Origin: Chiloscyllium plagiosum
Lineage: Eukaryota
Reading direction: 5' to 3'
Assembly (NCBI RefSeq): GCF_004010195.1
Contig: NC_057752.1
Location: forward strand, 13,876,586 to 13,920,833
DNA: 44,248 nucleotides
The position numbers and the translations under genes were made by a program. Each line of letters begins with the position of its first letter. The first letter of the stretch is position 1. The notes below the pieces were generated by a model. It saw nothing but the letters and a program-made list of their open reading frames with translations, was not told the DNA's origin and made no database searches. Positions 37,601-44,248 of the stretch are shown in pieces.

Positions 37601-39043
37601 TGGGGGCTCTATGCTGTTGTGGCTGGTGACAATATTTGTAAATCTGTTTCTTGCTGCTAATAAGACTTCAAATGCTGCACGACCTTATTTTAAAAATGAA
37701 AAGGGCCCACTGTACGATTGACTGGCCGAAATCTTGCTGGCGAAGGTCATCGGTGGGTAGAGGATCTGTCATTTAACCATCTGCCTGACATCCATTTTGG
37801 GTGGGGAGAAGTCTTTTTTTTTTAATGTTTTCTGCACGTACTGCTTTCAAAAGGGCAATTCCTTCTTTCCATGCCATCCCGCACACACTCCGAGGGGGCA
37901 ATTACCACAACACTTGACATCCTTGCTGCTCTGAGGGGCAATTCCACTCCCAAAGTTTTTCAATGCTCCTGCCCTTCAAAGAAAAAGCCATGTGCCCCTC
38001 CAAAAGCAAGTTGCCAACATTTTTTTTTTTGAGGCATTGCAACACTGGATGGACTGGAGGAGTGTTCTTTGAGTATTGGCTGTAGCCATGCTGCACCACA
38101 ATGCATGCTGGGAACCAGAGAAGCCGTATTGGAAGGGTTAAGTTACTTTGCTGAAAGGTGCAACTTGGGTTTCAGGTAAAAAGTTCTTTTGGATGGGGGG
38201 GAAGGGGAGAGAGATTCATACCCAAGTTCGGTTTTTGTCTTTAGCCAAAGTAATCTTGGCCTCCTCTCCACCTTTGCTCACTTCCTTTTTGGTCCACTTG
38301 TAGCAATCTTGTCATTTTACTTTTGCCTGAGCTCTTGGGTGGCATTGACCAGGCCAAACCTGACTCTGTGGTGCCATGACCAGCCTGCAAGTGGCACACT
38401 AGAAAAGGAGGGTCGGCCATCTCCATGGTTGTTTTCTAAAAAAAAAACACTTTGGGGTGTGCCAAGGTTACAAATAGAGGACTTTTAGAAGTGTTGCCAC
38501 TGTAACATTGGAAATGTGGCAGCCCGTTTGCACACAGCAAGCTCCCACACACTACAATGTGATGGCGGACTGCTCGAATGGAGTTGTTGAGGGATTTTTT
38601 TCAATGTCCCCCACCACCAGGGGGTGCTCTCTTGCATGTGTTCTCCAAACAGGATGATGCTTCCATTCAGTTGGGAGCGAGGGTCCCAGTCTGCTCAAAC
38701 AATTTGACTGAAAAGCAGTAGTCTCCCTGGTGCTGCTGAGATTACGGGCTCAGGTTCCATTTCGGTGTTCGAGCTTGTTTAAGATTCTTCTCTTATTAGA
38801 CCGACCTGCCTCCACCACTTCCTCTGGCAGTCAAATCTCCAGTCAGTGCTGCTCTTGTCAAACTTTGTTTGACTTCTGCTGATTTTAAACAGGCTCGGTT
38901 AGTGAGACGGTTGGTCATCCATATACCAAATCCAACAAGGTTTCGGCCTATCCCGCTGTATTTGAACTAACTGGAGTGTGTTTTAACTGATGTATTGCAT
39001 TCTTCACTGTTTTGTGATCAGATTTGTGTGTACATATTGAAAG

Positions 39044-39049
39044 AATAAA
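39044..39049 (+). terminator. Candidate polyadenylation signal
   Basis: AATAAA with upstream TGTA motifs and downstream TTTTTCATTTGTGTTGGATTTT; repeats resume about 450 nt later. Confidence 0.5.
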
Positions 39050-40374
39050 GATAAGGTTTTTCATTTGTGTTGGATTTTAATTTGCTGAAATGATTGGCCT
39101 CTTTCAGAGGTTATTCAGACAAGAGCAAGAATTTGGCTTTTTCCGTTGACTTTTCCTTATTTTTGCAAATTTAACAAAGAAAAGGTCCTTGAATCGCGAT
39201 GTAAAATCAATTTCTGTAGCAGCAAGTAACTGCAAGGGGAAGAAATCACAGCTGGGAGGCAGTTACCCTCGAATAGCCTCACTGTAGGATACATTGGGGA
39301 TTGTGTGTGTAAGAAGGACGCTCCCAAATTTTCACGTGAGTTTTTTGACAGGACGTATTAAGGTAACTTGGAAGACGGATTTGTACAGTGCATCAGGGAT
39401 TGAGGTCAGATTAATAAGAGATCTCGTAGTTAAGGATCCTGTTTGTGGGGGGTGGGCAACAAATGGTCAAAGTCCAAATTCAATTTGAAGATGAGCAACT
39501 CTGCTCTCAAACTAGTATCTTTACATGGGATGTGGGCATCGCTGTCCAAGCCAGTGCATATTGCCCATCCCTAATTGCCCCTTGAGCTGAGTTTGTTTTG
39601 AAAGGATTTTTCTTTTTTAATTCAGGAGTAGGCCATTTGGCCCCTCTGCCATCTGTTTTTATGATAGCTGATCATCCAACTCAGTCCCCTGTGCCCACTT
39701 TCTCGCCACATCCTCGCATCCCTTTAGTCCCAAGAGTTCGAAGCATTCAACGTTTTTGGCTGCTTGAGTCAGCCATATTGGCCGTGGGTCTGGAATCCCC
39801 TGTGGACCAGATTAAAAATGGCAGATTTTCATGCGAGGTGATGTTTGGTGAACTAGATGACAAATGAGGTTTTTCATAACAGTCCTGCTCACCATTATGG
39901 AGAGTTTACATTACCTTCCACATTTAGTGAAGTTAAACTTGTTCTGTTTCCATAATGAGACTTTGAACTTGTACCTTCCACGTGAACCTCCAGGTCTAGT
40001 GGATGATTAGATTCTCCCCCTTTTTTTTTCCTAAGGAAGGAATGTTTCTCAACAGCAGCTTGGTATTAATTATTTTCTTTCGCTGGGAACCAGTGGCCAA
40101 CAATACCTTTGCCTGTCTCTGAAGTTGTTTTGACGTCAAATGTGAGACAATGGCCCTTGTAATTTTCCAGCCGAGCTCTGTGGAAATAATCCTTTATTAA
40201 CAAGCTAGTGCATGCCATCCAATCCAATCTCTGCAGGCAAGCTTGAATACTCCCACTCCCTGCAGGAATGTGAGGAAAGAGGACAAAGGTGAACACGTTT
40301 CAAATATCAACTACAGCTTCCATTTGTAAAGAAACCCAACAACCCCAGCCTACAATTTGGGTTCAATACAGGCA

Positions 40375-41070
40375 TACAGCTGTACAGTGCGGAAACACTG
40401 TTCGGTCTAGCCTGTCCATGCCAACCAGATATCCCAATCTAGTCTAGTCCCACCTGCCAGCACTTAGCCCATATCCCTCTAAACCCTTCCTATTCATATA
40501 CCCATACAGATGCCTTTTAAATGCTGTAATTGTACCAGCCTCCACCACTTCCTCTGGCAGCTCATTCCATACACGCACCACCCTCTGTGTGAAAAAAGTT
40601 GCCCCTTAGGTCCCTTTTATATCTTTCCCCTCTCACCCTAAACCTATGTCCTCTAGTTCTGGACTCCCTCTCTTTCTCTTCTTCCCCCCCCCAAACCCAG
40701 GGAAAAGACCTTGGCTATTTACCCAATCTGGAGAAAGTGAGGCCTGGAGATCAGAACTGAAAAATGTGTTGCTGGAAAAGCGCAGCATGTCAGGCAGCAT
40801 CCAAGGAGCAGGAGCCCGGAAGAAGGGTTTATGCCCGAAACTTCGATTCTCCTGCTCCTTGGATGCTGCCTGACTTGCTGTGCTTTTCCAGCAACACATG
40901 TTTCAGCTATTTACCCAATCTGCGCCCCTCATGATTTTATAAACCTCTATAAGGTTTATAAACCCTCCAGGGAAAACAGCCCAGCCTATTCAGCCTCTCC
41001 CTGTAGCTCAAATCTTCCAACCCTGGCAACATCCTTGCAAATCTTTTCTGAACCCTCTCAAGTTTCACAA
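40375..41070 (-). mobile_element. CR1 LINE 3' fragment, host of the hairpin insert
   Basis: Reverse complement of the 3090-3556 copy. Confidence 0.85.
40731..40905. mobile_element. Hairpin-shaped PLE-derived insert with 17-bp TSD, nested in CR1
   Basis: Inverted arms 40764-40814 and 40849-40899 (49/51 complementary); mutated hammerhead core in the loop; GCTATTTACCCAATCTG at 40714-40730 and 40906-40922. Confidence 0.8.
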
Positions 41071-43073
41071 TATTGTCGTGTTTTTTTATTCAAGGCTGGT
41101 GGTTGCTGTCAGAGGAAAATACTATTGATGCTGGAAATCTGAAATCGAAACAGAAAATACTGGAAATCCCCAAAATCCATCTTGATCACTAATGTCCTTT
41201 TTTGGGAAGGAAATCTGCTGTCCTTACCTGGTCTGGGCTGTATGTGACTGCAAGCCCACGGTAATGTAGGTAACTCGATCACTGCCCTCTGAAATGGTCC
41301 AGCATTCTGTTCCATTCAATGGTTTTTTTTTTATTATAAAATTTCCTAGCATTTACTGCTATTAGGGAGGGAATTTCAGGATTTTCACCCAGTGCTGCTG
41401 CAGGAACGGCAATTTTACTTCCAAGTCAGGATGGTGAATGATTTGGAGGGGAACGTGCAGGGGCTGGTGTATCTGCTACCCATCAGGAAGGGAAGTCCAG
41501 AGCTTCAGACCCCAGCAATTCACGGCAGAGCCAGAAGTGTAGGAACACGGTTCCAGGAGAGGAGTTGTATGGGATTGGAGGGGCTAACTCAGGTAGGGAG
41601 GGGATGTCGGGGCTGGAGGGGGTGACCGAGATGGGGAGGGGGTCCAGGGGCCCGGAGGGCTTGGGGGGGGGGAAAAAAAGCAGCAAATCTTAAAACTGGC
41701 TCTGAAACAGGCTGTGTTTCATTGTACGTTGAGGTGAACAGAACAGGACCACAGCCGATAGCAACCTGTTTTGTGTTTGTCTAAAACTATCGCCTGCGTA
41801 CTAACCCGGGTTTTATTGGGGGCAGGGGGTGGAAATAGTCAAATCTCGAGGTTCAAAAGCTGAATGGATGAGGAATCCATTTTAAGCCTTGGACGGTTTG
41901 CTGGGTCCTTTCGAGGTCTAGGCCTGAGATAGAAGGCCTCCCATTTCCTGCATGTGTGGAGTCTGCTGCACTCTGGCATGGCGAAGAGCATTGGTCTCAG
42001 TAAAAGCAAGGGCAGAGAAAGATGGTTCAATGGACAACACTTGAACCCGGCTTGTGGAACCCGCCAGCATTGAGACCTGGCGTGGTGGTGGTGCTTTCTA
42101 TAGCTTTGCACGCTCTGTAGATCTGTGTCGGGCGAGACACTTTGGAAGGTGATTGGTTCGTGTCGCCAAGAAAGAGAGAGATGTGTGGGAACCAGAGACC
42201 ATAACAAATAAACTGTTGTTGCCTGAGCGTGACTATCTCATGATGCACCAAGTTGCTGAGGCTGTTTGTACTGAGCTCAACTCTAGTTGCTGCGGCGTTC
42301 CCAACCTGCACATTTCTGTCCCAAAACAATGGAGACATACATATCAAATCATATACCTGGAAAACCAAACGGGGGTCTGGCCAACTCCTAATTAATTTCT
42401 TCGAGTTCCAACAGATCCAGAGTTGAGAATTGCTTACAGGTGAACTTAGCAAAAAGGAAAATGTCTTGTGGAGAAACAGGGGGCCTGTGTGTGGTTCTGT
42501 TTTGATTTTTCAAGATAAACTCTATCCTCTCAGTAAGCGAATGTGGGCACATGCTGACGGAGAGTTCCCTACCTTTTGTAGTTGTTGTCAGCTGCTAGAC
42601 ACTCCTCCAACCATGACAGCCATGGACTTTCAGAGAGAGCTTGCATTTCTGTGGCGCCTTTCGTAATCTCGGGGCCCCTGTCACTTTCCTGGCAGCCAAT
42701 AAAGTGCATCTATACCTTTCATGTAATGGCGTGGGGACAGGAGGAAGTGAAAGGGAATTTCAGGACAGAATTCCTTCAGTTGGGACCCAGGCAGCTGAAG
42801 TCACAGCTACGAGGGTGGTAGTAGGATTTTAAAAGCGGGGATGTTCAAGAAACCAGGATTGAGGGTCTGCAGGTGCCTTGGAGAGGCATGGGGCTGGAGG
42901 CGATCCCAGAGATGGTGGGTTGCTGCTGGTGGTGAGTGCTGTTCTATTAGGTCTCTCAGCCAGTATGCCTTTAAGAGAAATGCAGAGGCATAGATACAAC
43001 CAATAGCCAATGTCTTTTCCCCAGGGTAGGGGAAACTAGAGGGCACAGATTTAAGGTGAGCAGAGAAAGGTTA

Positions 43074-44248
43074 AGAGTCATAGAGATGTACAGTAAGGAA
43101 ACAGACCCTTCAGTCCAACTCGTCCAGGCTGACCAGATATCCCAACCCAATCTAATCCAATTTGCCAGCTCTTGGCCCATATTCCTCTAAACCCTTCCTA
43201 TTCAAATACCTCCCCCTTCGCCCCAGAGGCCTTTTAAATGTTATAATTGTACCAGCCTCTACCACATCCTCTGGCAGCTCATTCCATACACACTCCACCC
43301 TCTGTGTGAAAAAGTTGCCCCTTAGGTCCCTTTTATATCTTTCCCCTCTCACCCTAAACCTATGCCCTCTAGTTCTGGACTCCCCCACCCCAGGGAAAAG
43401 ACTTTGCCTATTTACCCTATCCATGTCCCTCATCATTTTGTAAACCTCTATAAGGTCACCCCTCAGCCTCTGACACTCCCGGGAAAACAGCCCCAGCCTG
43501 TTCAGCCTCTCCCTACAGCTCAATGCAAGGGTCCTACCATTAAGTGTATAAATCCTGCTAAGATTTGCTTTCCCAAAATGCAGCACCTTACATTTATCTG
43601 AATTAAACTCCATCTGCCACTCTTCAGCCCATTGGCCCATCTGGTCCAGATCCTGTTGTAATCTGAGGTAACCTTCTCCGCTGTCCACAACGCCTCTCAC
43701 CCTCCTCTCTTGCCTCCCTCGGGTTAAATTCCCGCCTCAGGCGACTGACTGTGTGGAGTTTGCACGTTCTCCCCGTGTCTGCGTGGGTTTCCTCTGGGTG
43801 CTCCGGTTTTCTCCCACAGTCCAAAGATGTGCAGGTCAGGTGAATTGGCCATGCTAAATTGCCCATAGTGTTAGGTAAGGGGTAAATGTAGGGGAATGGG
43901 TGGGTTGCACTTCGGGGCAGTGTGGACATGTAGGGCCGAAGGGCCTGTTTCCACACTGTAAGTAATCTAATCTAATCTAAAACCTCCAATTTTGGTGTCA
44001 TCTTCAAACTTACTAACTGTACCTCTTATGCTCGCATCCAAATCATTTATATAAATGATGAAAAGTAGTGGACCCAGCACCAATCCTTGTGGCACTCCAC
44101 TGGTCACAGGCCTCCAGTCTGAAAAACAACCCTCCACCACCACCCTCTGTCTTCTACCTTTGAGCCAGTTCTATATCCAAATGGCTAGTTCTCCCTGTAT
44201 TCCATGAGATCTAACCTTGCTAATCAGTCTCCCATGGGGAACCTTGTC
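43074..44248 (-). mobile_element. CR1 LINE with internal deletion, interrupted by a V-SINE; runs off the window end
   Basis: LQQDLDQMGQWAEEWQMEFNSDKCKVLHFGK...[23 protein letters not shown] and SKFEDDTK read on the minus strand at about 43990-44100. Confidence 0.9.
43720..43980 (+). mobile_element. 5'-truncated HE1-like V-SINE nested in CR1
   Basis: Starts at the B box; V-domain; tandem TAATC tail. Confidence 0.88.

Larger units (their letters stand above)
34507..39070 (+). other. Putative long 3'UTR of acvr1b
   Basis: Follows the stop codon, is U/AU-rich and lacks the young CR1/SINE copies that fill the introns. It ends near AATAAA 39044-39049 followed by a GU/U-rich tract; an alternative AATAAA lies at 36851-36856. 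Confidence 0.55.

Noticed and set aside
43152..43700. 182-aa CR1 ORF as a functional or domesticated gene
   Set aside because: It is a chance in-frame fusion across an internal deletion, and the RT core is separated by a SINE insertion.

Overview
Eukaryotic, repeat-rich genomic DNA. The HE1/V-type SINEs and HER1/CR1 LINEs point to a shark, probably a carpet or bamboo shark (inference). The window holds coding exons 2-9 of an activin receptor type-1B gene (acvr1b/ALK4) on the + strand: 18178-18408, 21505-21753, 22502-22732, 23633-23800, 27810-27966, 31086-31210, 32571-32701 and 34381-34506. All introns are GT-AG, phases are consistent and the frame is intact. The signal-peptide exon 1 was not found and probably lies upstream, so 1-18177 is likely intron 1. 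A roughly 4.5 kb repeat-poor 3'UTR follows, with a let-7 8mer site, a G-quadruplex-prone tract and a distal AATAAA. Introns and flanks carry CR1 LINE fragments, V-SINEs, a second tRNA-SINE family, a pogo/Tigger relic and a solo-LTR-like element. The most notable non-obvious signal is a set of Penelope-like element (PLE) fragments from several families carrying minimal type-I hammerhead ribozyme motifs. Two have intact cores, one of them sense to the pre-mRNA. Several are short hairpin-like inserts with target-site duplications nested in other repeats. The ALK4 ectodomain also shows a 3-residue loop deletion and an F-to-I change. No wholly new gene system is supported, and most ORF-track entries are noise or retroelement debris. 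Repeat boundaries are approximate.
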